From Candidatus Latescibacterota bacterium (GTDB lineage: Bacteria; Latescibacterota; UBA2968), in the NCBI GenBank assembly GCA_965232265.1, contig CBDDPH010000002.1, positions 1,176,290 through 1,240,289 on the forward strand: a stretch of 64,000 nt of DNA. Reading direction: 5' to 3'. Positions within the stretch are counted from its first letter, which is position 1. Each line of letters opens with the position of its first letter. The notes beneath the pieces are model-generated. The model was not told the origin of the DNA and ran no database searches. It saw only the letters and a program-made list of their open reading frames with translations. Made by a program: the position numbers and the translations under genes. Positions 21,076 to 32,200 of the stretch are shown here, one piece after another.

Positions 21076-22044
21076 GTGAAAGCCATTCGCATATCGCAAT
21101 ACGGTGGTGCTGAAGTTTTGAGTTTTGAAGATGTTGATGTCGCAGATCCGGGCGAGGGACAGGTGCGGATTACCATAGAAGCCGCGGGTGTCAACTTTAT
21201 CGACACCTATCACCGCACAGGTCTCTATCCTCTGGATTTGCCGTTGACGCTGGGTCTGGAAGGCGCTGGCATCGTGAACGCGGTGGGCGCAGGAGTTTCG
21301 GATTTGACCGAGGGAGACCGCGTGGCATGGAAGAGTGTGGCGGGTTCTTATGCCGAGCAAGTTGTCGCAGACGAAGCCGAGGTGGTCAAAATTCCCTCAG
21401 ATGTCGCCACCAAAACCGCAGCCGCGGTGATGTTGCAAGGGTTGACCGCGCATTATCTGGTCAATAGCACCTATCCGGTTCGAGAAGGCGATACCTGCCT
21501 CATCCACGCAGCCGCAGGGGGTGTTGGTCTTTTGCTCGTACAGATGGCAAAAATGCGCGGGGCGCGGGTTATTGGCACCACATCGACCGAAGAAAAAGCG
21601 GCTCTGGCACGGGGTGCTGGTGCCGATGATATTGTTCTTTATACCGAACGGGATTTTGAAGCCGAAGTTCTGCGCCTCACAGATGGTCAGGGCGTGGAGG
21701 TGGTTTACGATTCCGTTGCCCAGGCCACCTGGGAGAAAAGCATCAATTGCCTCAAGCCGCGCGGTTATATGGTCTTTTTTGGCAATGCCAGTGGGCCGGT
21801 TCCGCCAATTGATCCCCTGCTTCTGTCGCAAAAAGGATCTATTTATCTCACGCGACCGACGCTCAATAGCTACACGCAGACCCGAGAAGAATATCTCCAG
21901 CGCACCAGCGAGGTTATGGGCTGGATTCAAGACGGCAGTCTGGATGTGCGTATTGGCGAAGCGCATCCGCTTGAAAATACGGCTGAAGCACATAACCGCC
22001 TCGAAGGTCGGCAGACGACGGGGAAAGTGTTGTTGATTCCGTAA
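21076..22044 (+). CDS. qor: NADPH:quinone oxidoreductase (zeta-crystallin family)
   Basis: GVNFIDTYHRTG, HAAAGGVG, GNASGP, TTGKVLL. Confidence 0.9.
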   Translation: MKAIRISQYGGAEVLSFEDVDVADPGEGQVRITIEAAGVNFIDTYHRTGLYPLDLPLTLGLEGAGIVNAVGAGVSDLTEGDRVAWKSVAGSYAEQVVADEAEVVKIPSDVATKTAAAVMLQGLTAHYLVNSTYPVREGDTCLIHAAAGGVGLLLVQMAKMRGARVIGTTSTEEKAALARGAGADDIVLYTERDFEAEVLRLTDGQGVEVVYDSVAQATWEKSINCLKPRGYMVFFGNASGPVPPIDPLLLSQKGSIYLTRPTLNSYTQTREEYLQRTSEVMGWIQDGSLDVRIGEAHPLENTAEAHNRLEGRQTTGKVLLIP

Positions 22045-22141
22045 ATCGGTGAGACGTGAGAGGCCGCCCATCCCTACCCCGACTGCGAGATTTGATGAAC
22101 TGCTGGCGAGACGTCGCAGTTGTAACCAGTCCCATAAATAT

Positions 22142-22651
22142 ATGTGTATCGAGACTCACACCACGCTGATTCTGCTCGTGAGAGCCTGCCCCTGCGGGGG
22201 TAAGCAGGGGGGCGATCCCATAACCCGTGTTTTGCTCGGCTACAAAAAACGCGGGTTTGGCGCAGGGAAATACACGGGTATTGGCGGGAAAATTGAACCC
22301 GGCGAAACGGTGCGTGCAGCCGCTGTGCGCGAAATGCGTGAAGAAACCGGCGTTGTGATGTCGCCTCATGACCTTGTGGATGCCGGGCATGTGGCGTTTT
22401 ATTTTCCCGCCCGTCCCCAGTGGAATCTCACGACCCGTATTTTTATTGGCCGCAGGTGGCAGGGCGAGCCGATAGAAACCGGGGAAATACGCCCCGTGTG
22501 GTTTGAAGTCAATCACCTGCCCTTTAATACGATGTGGGATGATGCCGCCTATTGGTATCCTTATGTGTTGGAGAACAAGCACGTCAGAGCAACATTTACA
22601 TTTTCCACTGACTGCAAAACCGTCGCGACCAGCGAGATTGAGATGTGGTAA
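22142..22651 (+). CDS. NUDIX hydrolase (8-oxo-dGTPase-like) carrying a 9-aa insert
   Basis: KKRGFGAGKY and GGKIEPGET...REMREETG Nudix box. Confidence 0.88.
   Translation: MCIETHTTLILLVRACPCGGKQGGDPITRVLLGYKKRGFGAGKYTGIGGKIEPGETVRAAAVREMREETGVVMSPHDLVDAGHVAFYFPARPQWNLTTRIFIGRRWQGEPIETGEIRPVWFEVNHLPFNTMWDDAAYWYPYVLENKHVRATFTFSTDCKTVATSEIEMW
22184..22210 (+). repeat. 27-nt hairpin element inserted in frame (ACPCGGKQG)
   Basis: GCCTG-CCCCTGC-GGGGGTAA-GCAGGGG. Confidence 0.7.
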
Positions 22652-22750
22652 GTTGTATGTTTTTTTTCTTGACTCTTGTGGTGGAATTATTATATATCAG
22701 GACGTTTGATAAATGAAACTTAACAGACTCTTTACTTTCTCTTTAATGAG

Positions 22751-23611
22751 GTGATTGTTTTGACTACATCGCCCAGAAGTGTTCCCAAAGATGCACTGCA
22801 TCACTATCTCGAAGATGTGGCTTCGTCTCAACCCCTGTCTTCCGAAGAGGAAGTTGCGCTCGCTGTTCGCATTCGCAAAGGCGATCAGGAAGCGCGGGCA
22901 AAACTCATTGAAGCCAATTTGCGCTTTGTGATTACTGTGGCCTACGAATATCAAAATCAGGGCGTACCGGTCGTGGATCTCATCAGCGCGGGAAATGTGG
23001 GGTTGATCACCGCGGCAGAGCGTTTTGACGAGACGAGGGGATTTAAGTTTATCTCTTATGCTGTTTGGTGGATTCGCCAATCTATTTTGCAAACTCTGGC
23101 AGAACACGCTCGGGTCGTGCGGCTTCCGCTCAATCGCGTGGAATTGCTCAGACGCATATCTCGCTGTAAAAACAACCAGAAGCAAGAGTCTTCCACGCGC
23201 ACTGCCGAAGAAGAAATTGCCGAAGAATTGGATATTCCGGTGGCGCAAGTTACGGATATTCTCACGAGTGGGCAGCGCACCTTGTCTCTGGATACGTCTC
23301 TTGGCGATGGGGAAAATAGCCTTCTTGAAATGATGCCCGATAACTCTCAAGAGTCGCCAGATGCAATGGCATTGAGAAATACCCTCAAAGCTGAAATCTC
23401 AAATGCTTTGAGCACCCTCGATGAGCGCGAGCAAAAAGTGATCCGGCTCTATTTTGGATTGGGCGGCGGCACAGAGATGACGCTGGAAGAAATTGGCAAG
23501 CAATTTCGCCTGACGCGCGAACGCATTCGGCAAATTAAAGAAAAAGCACTCCGAAAGTTGCGCCATCCCACGCGCGGGCGAAAGCTGATGCCCTATGCGG
23601 AAGATACGTGA
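22751..23611 (+). CDS. RNA polymerase sigma70 factor, short RpoD/SigA-like
   Basis: ANLRFV, DLISAGN.GL, FKFISYAVWWIRQ, TLEEIG...TRERIRQI; no region 1.1. Confidence 0.93.
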   Translation: MIVLTTSPRSVPKDALHHYLEDVASSQPLSSEEEVALAVRIRKGDQEARAKLIEANLRFVITVAYEYQNQGVPVVDLISAGNVGLITAAERFDETRGFKFISYAVWWIRQSILQTLAEHARVVRLPLNRVELLRRISRCKNNQKQESSTRTAEEEIAEELDIPVAQVTDILTSGQRTLSLDTSLGDGENSLLEMMPDNSQESPDAMALRNTLKAEISNALSTLDEREQKVIRLYFGLGGGTEMTLEEIGKQFRLTRERIRQIKEKALRKLRHPTRGRKLMPYAEDT

Positions 23612-24966
23612 ATATTACACCTCAATTTCTCCACCCATTCTCGAAATCGCTCACCGCGCTCTTCAAAATTGCGAAACTGATCGTAACTCGCCGATGCTGG
23701 CGATAGCAATACCACATCGCCAGCTTGTGCGAGGCTTGTCGCGCAGCCCATCGCTTCTTCCAAATTTTCTACGCGGTGAATATTGGTTTTCCCTTTTGCC
23801 GTTGCCGCAATCGCATCCCCGGTTTCGCCCATCACAATCAGATGTGCGACCTTTTCCGCTATTACCCCTCCCAAATTGTCATACGCAATTCCCTTATCGT
23901 AGCCGCCTGCGATCAGCACGATCGGTTTGCTGTATGCCATGAGCGCTGTCCGCGTGCGGTCGGGACTCGTGGCTATTGAGTCGTTCACATAGAGAACGCC
24001 CTGTACTTCTGCCACTTGCTCCAATCTGTGTGGCATGCCCCGAAATGTCTGCAAGACCTCGGCGATATTTTCTTCAGATACGCCGCTTATGATCGCTGCA
24101 CCCGTAGCCGCCAGTGCGTTGGCGAGGTTGTGCCGCCCGCGCAAGGATAGGGTATCTACTGGACAGACGGTTCGCGTCTCGCCTCCGATTGTGTGTTGAA
24201 TTTTTCCCCCGCGGACAAATATATCCCCTTCGCCTTCAACGGCAAATACCACCCGCTGTCCCGCGCCCGTCCAACGAGACACTTCGGCATCTTCTCCGTT
24301 GACAATCGTCCAGTCGCTTTTTGTCTGGTGCATGACGATTTGTTGCTTGGCTTGTCGATACGCTTGTAGCGATCCGTGAACGTCGATGTGATTTGGCGCG
24401 AAGTTGGTCGTGACGGCGATGTGGGGGCTCCACGGCTGCTCGCCCAATCGGTCGAGTTGAAAGCTCGATAATTCCAGTACGATGGGTACATCGGCGTGTA
24501 GCAGGTCCAATTCATCGAGTAACGATCCCCCAATATTGCCGCCGATTTGCGTGCGTTTGTCTTTTCGCTTGAGCATTGCTCCTATGAGCGAGGTCGTCGT
24601 GGTTTTGCCACTGCTGCCCGTTATGCCGATTATGGGCGCGGGACAGCGTTCGACAAATAGGCAGATTTCCGATGTGATGGGCACGCCCGCAGATTCTGCG
24701 ATTTTCAAGTATGGCGATGATCGGGGGACTGCGGGATTGGCGACTATTAAATCTGCGTCCCGAAAATCCGTTTCTTCGTGCCCGCCCAGCTTATAGGCGA
24801 TGGGTAATCCATTTAGGGCGCGTACCGAAGCGCGCAGGTCTTTTTCAGGGCGCAAGTCCGTCACTGTCACCACCGCGCCTTCGCGTACCAGAAAACGCAC
24901 GGCTCCCACGCCCCCGCCAAATAATCCCAATCCCATTACTGTGACGCGCTGGCCTTTTAAGTTCAC
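23593..24966 (-). CDS. murD: UDP-MurNAc-L-Ala--D-Glu ligase
   Basis: ITGSSGKTTT, ELSSFQL, NDSIAT, SPASASYDQF; GTG start inferred. Confidence 0.93.
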   Translation of the reverse strand: MNLKGQRVTVMGLGLFGGGVGAVRFLVREGAVVTVTDLRPEKDLRASVRALNGLPIAYKLGGHEETDFRDADLIVANPAVPRSSPYLKIAESAGVPITSEICLFVERCPAPIIGITGSSGKTTTTSLIGAMLKRKDKRTQIGGNIGGSLLDELDLLHADVPIVLELSSFQLDRLGEQPWSPHIAVTTNFAPNHIDVHGSLQAYRQAKQQIVMHQTKSDWTIVNGEDAEVSRWTGAGQRVVFAVEGEGDIFVRGGKIQHTIGGETRTVCPVDTLSLRGRHNLANALAATGAAIISGVSEENIAEVLQTFRGMPHRLEQVAEVQGVLYVNDSIATSPDRTRTALMAYSKPIVLIAGGYDKGIAYDNLGGVIAEKVAHLIVMGETGDAIAATAKGKTNIHRVENLEEAMGCATSLAQAGDVVLLSPASASYDQFRNFEERGERFREWVEKLRCNIHVSSA

Positions 24967-24986
24967 GGGAAGTCTCCAGGTGTCGA

Positions 24987-25040
24987 TAGGTGCGGGTTTC
25001 GAGTGGTGTTCAACTGCGTAGCAGTTCAACCCGCACCTAC
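24987..25040. repeat. GTAG-type REP-like palindrome with a 27-nt hairpin in its loop
   Basis: Arms TAGGTGCGGGTT / AACCCGCACCTA(C); inner AACTGC-GTA-GCAGTT. Confidence 0.65.
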
Positions 25041-26026
25041 TATTCCTCTAACAATTGATCGATGAGATCGACCGGGGTGATGCCCTCGGCTTCGGCATTG
25101 AAATTTGTGACGAGGCGATGGCGCAAGACGGGTTTGGCGACAAAAGAGACGTCGGCGATAGACGGTGCAAAGCGTCCGCTGAGTACGGCACGCGCTTTGG
25201 CGCCCAGGATGAGGCATTGGGAGGCGCGCGGGCCTGCGCCCCATCTGAGCATGTTGCCGATGGATGTGTCTGCATTTTGAGGGCGGGTTTTGCGGACGAG
25301 ATCTACCGCGTGATCTACGATGTGATCGGCTACTGGAACTTTGCGGATGAGTTGCTGGAGGTTGCGAATTTGTTCGGCGTTGATTACGGGCTGCACGTCA
25401 TAGGTTTGGGCACCTGTGGTGGCTTTGACAATGGCGCGTTCTTCTTCCTGGGTGGGATAATCAATCCACAGGTTAAATATGAAGCGGTCGAGTTGGGCTT
25501 CGGGCAAGGGATAAGTGCCTTCCTGTTCGATGGGATTTTGAGTGGCCAGGACAAAGAACGGTTCTTCGAGGCGAAAGGTTCCCCCCCCGGCGGTGACTTC
25601 GTGTTCTTGCATGGCCTGCAATAAGGCGGCCTGGGTTTTGGGCGGGGTGCGGTTGATTTCGTCGGCGAGGATGATGTTGGCAAATAAGGGACCTTTGACA
25701 AAGCGAAATGTTTTGTGTCCGGTGGTCTGGTCTTCTTCGAGGAGTTCTGTGCCCGTGATGTCTGAAGGCATGAGGTCGGGGGTAAATTGGATGCGGCTGA
25801 AGGACAGGTCAAGCGCACGCGCGAGGGTGCTGATGAGGAGTGTTTTGGCAAGGCCGGGCACACCGACGAGCAAACAATGGCCCCCGCAGAGGAGGGCGAT
25901 GAGTAGTTGATCGACGATTTCCCGCTGTCCAATAATGACTTTGCCAATTTCGGCGACGATCTGGTGATATGCGGTTTTTAATTCTTCAACGGCCTGGAGG
26001 TCTTCATGAGGTGATGCTTCGGGCAT
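25040..26026 (-). CDS. MoxR family AAA+ ATPase
   Basis: GVPGLAKT, RIQFTPDLMPSD, DEINR, ATQNPIEQEGTYPLPEAQLDRF. Confidence 0.95.
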   Translation of the reverse strand: MPEASPHEDLQAVEELKTAYHQIVAEIGKVIIGQREIVDQLLIALLCGGHCLLVGVPGLAKTLLISTLARALDLSFSRIQFTPDLMPSDITGTELLEEDQTTGHKTFRFVKGPLFANIILADEINRTPPKTQAALLQAMQEHEVTAGGGTFRLEEPFFVLATQNPIEQEGTYPLPEAQLDRFIFNLWIDYPTQEEERAIVKATTGAQTYDVQPVINAEQIRNLQQLIRKVPVADHIVDHAVDLVRKTRPQNADTSIGNMLRWGAGPRASQCLILGAKARAVLSGRFAPSIADVSFVAKPVLRHRLVTNFNAEAEGITPVDLIDQLLEE

Positions 26027-26039
26027 TTTGTTTCCTTTC

Positions 26040-27395
26040 TCAGGTTTTGCGTTTTTCTTTTTTCGCCGCCGGAAAGAGAATATTGTTGAGGATGAGGCGA
26101 TAGCCCGGCGAATTTTTGTGTAGCGCGAGTTGCGTGGGCGGGTCGTTGACAAAGTGCTGATAGTCTTCCGGATCGTGTCCCGCATAAAATGTGAACGTGC
26201 CTTTGCCGATGTTGCCGTGGATGTATTTGACGTGGTCCGTGCCGGGGATATCGCCCATAATGGTGACGGATTTTTTGATGCTATTTTTGCGAAAGGCCGT
26301 GGTTTGGCCCAAAAAGCCGGGGACAATAGGCGTGTGGTTTTGCGTGAGCATGGTGGGCACGGGATCGTATTTTGCCGAGAATTCAAATAGGGAGAAGGCG
26401 TCGATGTCGGCATTTCTAATCTGGCTCATTTCAATGGGCGACAGGTCGATATCGGCGTGTTCGTACTCGAGGGGGTCCATAACGAGGTTGAAGTTTTCAA
26501 AGGCTACTGTGCGCGAGAAATCGAGCTTTTGACGCGCCTGTGGGTCTGCGGGGTCGCCGTCGTAAACGCTATCGACAATGTCGATTCCGCGTGCTGCAAG
26601 GGCAATGTCAAAGGTATCGGTGGCCGAGCACATGGCAAAGAGAAAGCCGCCCTGTGTGACGTAGTTGTAAATGGCCTGTGCGACCGCGCCTTTGAGGTGG
26701 GCTACTTTGGCAAAGCCCAATTTGCCAGCGAGGGCTTTGAATCCGGCCTGTTGTTGGCGGTACCAGAGGGTGTGACCGTGGCTGCGATAAAATTTGCCGT
26801 ATTGTCCCGTGAAGTCTTCGTGGTGCAGGTGTAGCCAATCGAAGTTTTCGAGTTTGCCCATGATAACTTCTTCGTCCCACAAGGTGGTATAGGGGATTTC
26901 CGCATACGTGAGCGCCAGTGTGACGGCGTCGTCCCAGGGCTGTTTGTTCGGAGGGGTATAGACTGCGATGCGAGGGGCTTTTTCAAGGCGCATGCGATTC
27001 ATGTTGCCGGATTCAATATCGGCGTAGATGCGCGTGGCCTGCGCGGCTGAGATGGCCTGGAATGAGACAGCGCGTATTCGGGCTTCTCGCGCGATGGTTT
27101 CGTGGTTGTCCATGAGAAAGGACCCGCCGCGGTAGTTGAGCAACCACTCGACGGAATGCCCCTGCTGCAATGCCCAATACGCAATGCCATAAGCTTTGAG
27201 GTGATCGGTTTGCGAGATGTCCATGGGGATGAGGATTTTGCCGACATTCGCGCTTCCGCCACCAATCGCCGCGGTGCAGGGAGATGATGTCACTATAATG
27301 AAGAGCAAGGTGAGAAGTGTGAAGTGAGAAGTATGAAGTGTGAAATGCGTGAGGCTTGAGTTTCGCATCTCACTTTTTTGCCGTTTCAATATCAT
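26040..27395 (-). CDS. Conserved secreted protein of the FCB MoxR cluster (glutamine-amidotransferase-like fold)
   Basis: HLKAYG, WLLNYRGGSF, DWLHLHHEDFTGQYGKF, GHDPEDYQH; start position uncertain. Confidence 0.7.
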   Translation of the reverse strand: MILKRQKSEMRNSSLTHFTLHTSHFTLLTLLFIIVTSSPCTAAIGGGSANVGKILIPMDISQTDHLKAYGIAYWALQQGHSVEWLLNYRGGSFLMDNHETIAREARIRAVSFQAISAAQATRIYADIESGNMNRMRLEKAPRIAVYTPPNKQPWDDAVTLALTYAEIPYTTLWDEEVIMGKLENFDWLHLHHEDFTGQYGKFYRSHGHTLWYRQQQAGFKALAGKLGFAKVAHLKGAVAQAIYNYVTQGGFLFAMCSATDTFDIALAARGIDIVDSVYDGDPADPQARQKLDFSRTVAFENFNLVMDPLEYEHADIDLSPIEMSQIRNADIDAFSLFEFSAKYDPVPTMLTQNHTPIVPGFLGQTTAFRKNSIKKSVTIMGDIPGTDHVKYIHGNIGKGTFTFYAGHDPEDYQHFVNDPPTQLALHKNSPGYRLILNNILFPAAKKEKRKT

Positions 27396-29227
27396 CCCGT
27401 TTCCTTTGTTTTTTTGAGCGTCTGGATTTTTTGTCGGAGGTTTCGCAGTCGCTCGCGTGCTATGTCGGCTTCGAGGCTTGTGGGATAGTTGACGAGCAGG
27501 GTTTCATAGATTTTTTGCGCGTCGTAATATTGGCCCAGGTATTTGTCGTATATCGCGCCCTGTGCGATATATGCGGCGGGGGAAAGCGGGCTTTCGGGTT
27601 GTGTGGCGATGAGTTTGCGGTAGGTCTGAAGGGCTTGTGGATAGCGTTTTTGGTCGGTGTAAATTTTTGCCTGATGCTCGAGCAGGCGATCCGCGAGAAA
27701 AGATTGCGGATGGGCGCGATGGAGGGTTTCAAAGGCGTTTAATGCCCCGTTCTGATCTTTTTGGCGCAGCTTGAGACAGGCACTGGCATACGCGCTGAGC
27801 AGGGTTGCATCTGCGCGCTGGCCTTCTTGTAACAGGGCGGATAGGGCGATGGCGTCGTTGATGATGTCGCGGTTGACATCTGTTTTGAGCAAGGCGTTGA
27901 GCAGGGTTTGTGCCTGGTCGATCTGGCCCGATAGAAAATGCAACTCGGCGAGGCGAAAGCGCGCTTCGGTTACTTCGGAGTCGGTCGCTTTTTCGGAAAT
28001 AACCTGGTAGTAGATGCGCCGCGTTTTATCTGTGTTATTCGCCTGTAGATGTCCTTCGGCAAGGGCAAATAGCGCCTTGTATCGCCAGGTGCTGCGCCGA
28101 TGGGTCTGGATCAAGTTTTGAAATGCTTGTTGGGCACCTGCGGCGTCATTGTGGTGATCGCGCAAGATGATGCCCACGAGATAACGGGCTTCGTCTGCCT
28201 CTGCGCGGTCGGGGTGATGGGTGATGAGGGCACTGTAGTGGGTTTGTGCCTCAGCGGGGCGGCCTGCAAGCTGATACGCTTTGCCCAGGCCCAATTGTGC
28301 GCGGGCGCGATAGTCGGGACGGTCTGCGCGATCACATATCGCCCGATAAGCGGCAATAGCGATTGCGGGATTTTCATTGTCGAGGGCGTAGTGCGCGATG
28401 CGGAAGAGATAATGCCAGTTATTATTTGTAGGCGCATCGGGCGAGAGCAACAGGTCGAGTGTTTGCGCGATAAATCCAGCGGGCAGGGCGTATTCGATGA
28501 GCAGGCTGAGATGGGTTTGGTCGCTGGGCGATGAGAGCAGGCCAAAGATCTCGGCGTGCTGGTCGCCATTTTGGGCAAAATCGCGCAGGCGTGATTCAAC
28601 GTGTGCGCGGTACTGCGGATTTTCCCGAACCCAGACCAGATATTCGCGCACGGCATCGGGATAATGGGCGCGGCGTTCGGCGAGTTCGGCGAGTTCGCGG
28701 GCAAAAAGCGTTGTGTCCTGGCGTGCGGTTCTCGCGCGGCGGTAGGTCTGTTCGGCGCGTTTGTCCATGTTGCGCCTGCGATAGCGGTCGGCAATGATGG
28801 CAAAGGCGTGTGTGTTCGTCGAATGCTGAAGCAGGGGTTCCCAGGAGGCGGCTGCGGAATCTATTTGCCCCAGTTCAAAGAGCGCGATGCCCAGGTGAAG
28901 ACGTGTGTTGTTGTCGTTTGGAAAAGACGACAGGCGTTGGCGCAATAGCTCCACGGTTTCGGCATGCCTGCCCGCCCGCGAGAGTGCGGTGCTGAGGCGC
29001 ATGAGAAGGTCGACGCGATGGGGATGCTGGATGTAAAGCCCGCGGTAGATGTGGATCGCGCTCGTGAAGTCCTTTTCGGCTTCGAGGGCGCTTGCACGCT
29101 GGAGCGCGGCGCTGATCTGCTCGGTAGATGCGATAGCAGTTCCCGCGATTAAGAGGAGAAGTGCGATATAGCAACTATCTCGCAAAAACCAAATTTTAGT
29201 CGTCCGTTGTCTTTTTCGCATCTTCAA
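27392..29227 (-). CDS. Secreted tetratricopeptide-repeat protein
   Basis: Signal-like N-terminus followed by repeated TPR-like helices. Confidence 0.8.
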   Translation of the reverse strand: MKMRKRQRTTKIWFLRDSCYIALLLLIAGTAIASTEQISAALQRASALEAEKDFTSAIHIYRGLYIQHPHRVDLLMRLSTALSRAGRHAETVELLRQRLSSFPNDNNTRLHLGIALFELGQIDSAAASWEPLLQHSTNTHAFAIIADRYRRRNMDKRAEQTYRRARTARQDTTLFARELAELAERRAHYPDAVREYLVWVRENPQYRAHVESRLRDFAQNGDQHAEIFGLLSSPSDQTHLSLLIEYALPAGFIAQTLDLLLSPDAPTNNNWHYLFRIAHYALDNENPAIAIAAYRAICDRADRPDYRARAQLGLGKAYQLAGRPAEAQTHYSALITHHPDRAEADEARYLVGIILRDHHNDAAGAQQAFQNLIQTHRRSTWRYKALFALAEGHLQANNTDKTRRIYYQVISEKATDSEVTEARFRLAELHFLSGQIDQAQTLLNALLKTDVNRDIINDAIALSALLQEGQRADATLLSAYASACLKLRQKDQNGALNAFETLHRAHPQSFLADRLLEHQAKIYTDQKRYPQALQTYRKLIATQPESPLSPAAYIAQGAIYDKYLGQYYDAQKIYETLLVNYPTSLEADIARERLRNLRQKIQTLKKTKETG

Positions 29228-32200
29228 TCAAGTTTTCAAAATACCGCCGGATGAGGGCCTGATATTCGGATGAATATCCTTCTTTGAGGGCGTCGCGCAT
29301 GAGATGGCGCAGGGGGTTGTCGGCTTCTCCCAAATCTGCGGGGAGCGATCCCGGTCCGCGATAGGTCAGATTTACGCCCGTGCGCGCCTGTCGTTTTTTG
29401 CTCTTTCCGCGCGATCTCATTGCCTGTTGGGCATCGAGCATGCGGGAGAGGATTTGTCGCTGTCGCATGAGGGTTTGAGGAGCGACCCGGCGCTGGAGCA
29501 TTTCGCGTGTGGTTTCCTGCATGTCGCTGGCGATTTTGCCCAGGTCGCCGAGCATTTCGCGCTGTTGCCGCGCCAATTCGCCGCGCAGGGCATTGAGCGC
29601 GTCCCGGATGGCGCGCTGTTGGGCCGCGAGTTTTTGCCACGAAGGTTGGCCGCCTGGCTGCCCAAATAGATTTTCGGTTTGGGCGTTGAGCGATCCCTGT
29701 TGCTGGGCGAGTTGCGCCATTTTTGCCATCATTTCTTCAAAGCCCGTACCCGATTCTGACGCGGCGAGTTGCCCCAGTGCGTTTTGTACCATCATGGCCC
29801 CGCGATTGATTTCGCCCATGGCTTCGCGGGCGAGTTGTGCGGCCTGATTGGCATTGCCCGCGTTGAGTTGTTCGGCAGCACCGGCCATTTTGTTCAGGGC
29901 CTGACCCAGGGCTGCCTGTGCGCTGGGGGGCATGAAGAAGGTTTTTTGCGAGGCGTCCATCATGCGTTGCGCCATGCGCGATGCTCCGGTTATGGCACGC
30001 GCCTGGTCCAGGGCAAGGGGCGCGGTGTCGTCGCGGTTTCCCGCCTCATTGGCGCGCTGTGTCGTGCGTTCCTGCGCCTGGGATAAGGTGAGCAAATCGT
30101 GCAATACGCGGTTGAGTTCTCTGGCGATCTCATCTTTTTGGCGCTGGACAAATTGCTGTCGGGTCTGTGCGAGGTTCTGGCTCATGTTCTGCAAGTCCCG
30201 GGCGAGCGCATCGCTATTTTGCCCCGCGCTTTGCCGTTGTCCCCGGGCGAGATCCCGGCGCACCTGATCCATGCGGGGGGTGAGTCGCTTGTTTTGTATG
30301 GCGTTGGCGAGTTGGTCGAGTTCGCCGTCGGTGGGGCTGTCCATTTTTTGCGATGCCTGTTGCAGTTCGGTGTGCAATTGTTCGGTGTCTCGGGCAATGC
30401 GCGTCTGGCGGCGGATGAGGTCTTCGACGGGTTCGCGTTGGATATTTTGCGTGATCTGATCCTGAGCCTGGGCGAGTTCTTCGAGTTTTTGGTTGAGCGC
30501 GTCGAGGGTTTGTTGTTGTTGCACGCGCCGCAAGAGAGCGAGGGTGCGGTCGATACTTTCGCGGAATTTCTCGCGCTCCATCTGAAATTGTTCGAGGGCT
30601 TCGCGCACCATGTTCGCATCGGCACTTTTGATGGCTTCGTCCAATTTTTTCATGACATCGTCGAGTTCTGGCGTGCGGATTTGCGAGAGCAATGTTTGTA
30701 ATTCTTCGAGTTTTTGCAGGGTATCGTCTTCGAGCAATCCGCTTTCTTGCAGGCGGTCGAGTGCGTGTTGGAGTTGTTCGGCTGTGGATTCAATCTGTTC
30801 GGCGAGTTGTTCTTGCGTTTGGCGCGCTTTTTCGAGTTCGCGTTTTTCCTGCCAATCGAGTTTGTCTTTGGAGAGCATATCGCGGGCGAGTTCTTTGAGG
30901 CGTGCGTCGAGTTTGCGCCCGCGTTGTTGTACGGCTTCCATCTCGTCGATGCTTTCGCGCTGTGTTTTGTCCGCTTCCCGATGGATTTCAAACAGGCTGG
31001 GCATGCGAATGGTAAAGGTGGCTGTTTCCCCATAAGAGGGCCTGGGGTTGTTGTCGTAAGCGCGGATTCTGTAGGTGATTTGATCGCTGGGGAGCAAGTC
31101 GAGGTTGGACAGGTCCCAGGGGTAAGAGGTCTCGATTTCGCGCCCGGGCGTTGTGACAATTGGCAGGATGTGGTCTGTGTCGTCGCCTTTCTGGTATCTG
31201 AGTTGCAGGCGCGAGATGCCATAGTCGTCAAAGGCTTCGGCAACGAGGGAGACGCGCATCGATTCTGTGAGGTCGATGTCCTGTCCCGGCTGCAACAGGC
31301 GCACATCGGGCGGTTGATCGGGCAGCGCGACAATGCGATATGTTACGGGATCTTTGTTGGCGATCATCTGGTTATCGCGCAAGCGCATGCGATAACGCCC
31401 GTCTTTTTTAACGATCAGGGTCGCCCGCGCAAGCGATGAAGATACGGCGGCGGGCAATTCTGTTGCGTCGTCAAATACGAGCGCGGCGGACGCGAGGGGC
31501 TTGTTGGCTTCAATGGTCAATGAGACTTCTGTGCCGATTGGTACAATGATGTCGCCGCCCTGTTGATCGATGCGGTCGGGCATGGCCGTGTGCGGCGGAA
31601 ATCGGTCGCGGTGCGAGATGCGCGTGACAATGGGGCGCGGGTGTACGGTTGCGGTGTAGATGGGGGTTTGCGCGTCGTGGGCAGATAGGCGATAGTCAAA
31701 AGACCGCGTGACATTGGGAAAGTGATGAGAGGCACCCGCTTGTCTGACCGATAAGGCAAAGGACGCCCACGTTTGTACGCCCTTTTCGCGCACATACAAA
31801 CGCGCAGTACGCGGCACAATGCCCGCAAATTGTGCGGTGAGTGTGAGAGGCTCCCCACCGACGATTTCGATATTGCCCGGTTTTAAAATTATATACGTGT
31901 CTGCCGGGCGGGTGTATGGGGTTTGTGGGTTTGCGAGGCGTTGGACTGCCCCGGACAAATCCGCGGGCCATCCCGCGTGGAGCAAGAGCGCGACGAGGGC
32001 GAGCACGACAACTGCCGTGGCAGCGCGGATGGGTGGCTTGCGGTTGATGAGCGTTTGATATGGCAGATGCTGGGTGGCGCGTTCTGCCTGGATGATTGCG
32101 GCATCCACGAGTGCGGTGGCGTGTTCTTCGCGGTCTCTTTGTCGCCACAATTGGAGCGCGTTGATCAGGTGTTGCTGGAGGCCGCCAAAGTGTTGTTCCA

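Noticed and set aside
25040-26413. Long N-terminal extensions in the ORF track (MoxR here; also dnaE, murD, DUF3800, protease, iscU)
   Set aside because: They overlap neighbouring genes, promoters or repeats; downstream starts fit RBS positions or family N-termini better.
26040-27395. Calling this protein asparagine synthetase, as this family is often labelled
   Set aside because: No N-terminal Ntn Cys or SGGLDS motif is present.
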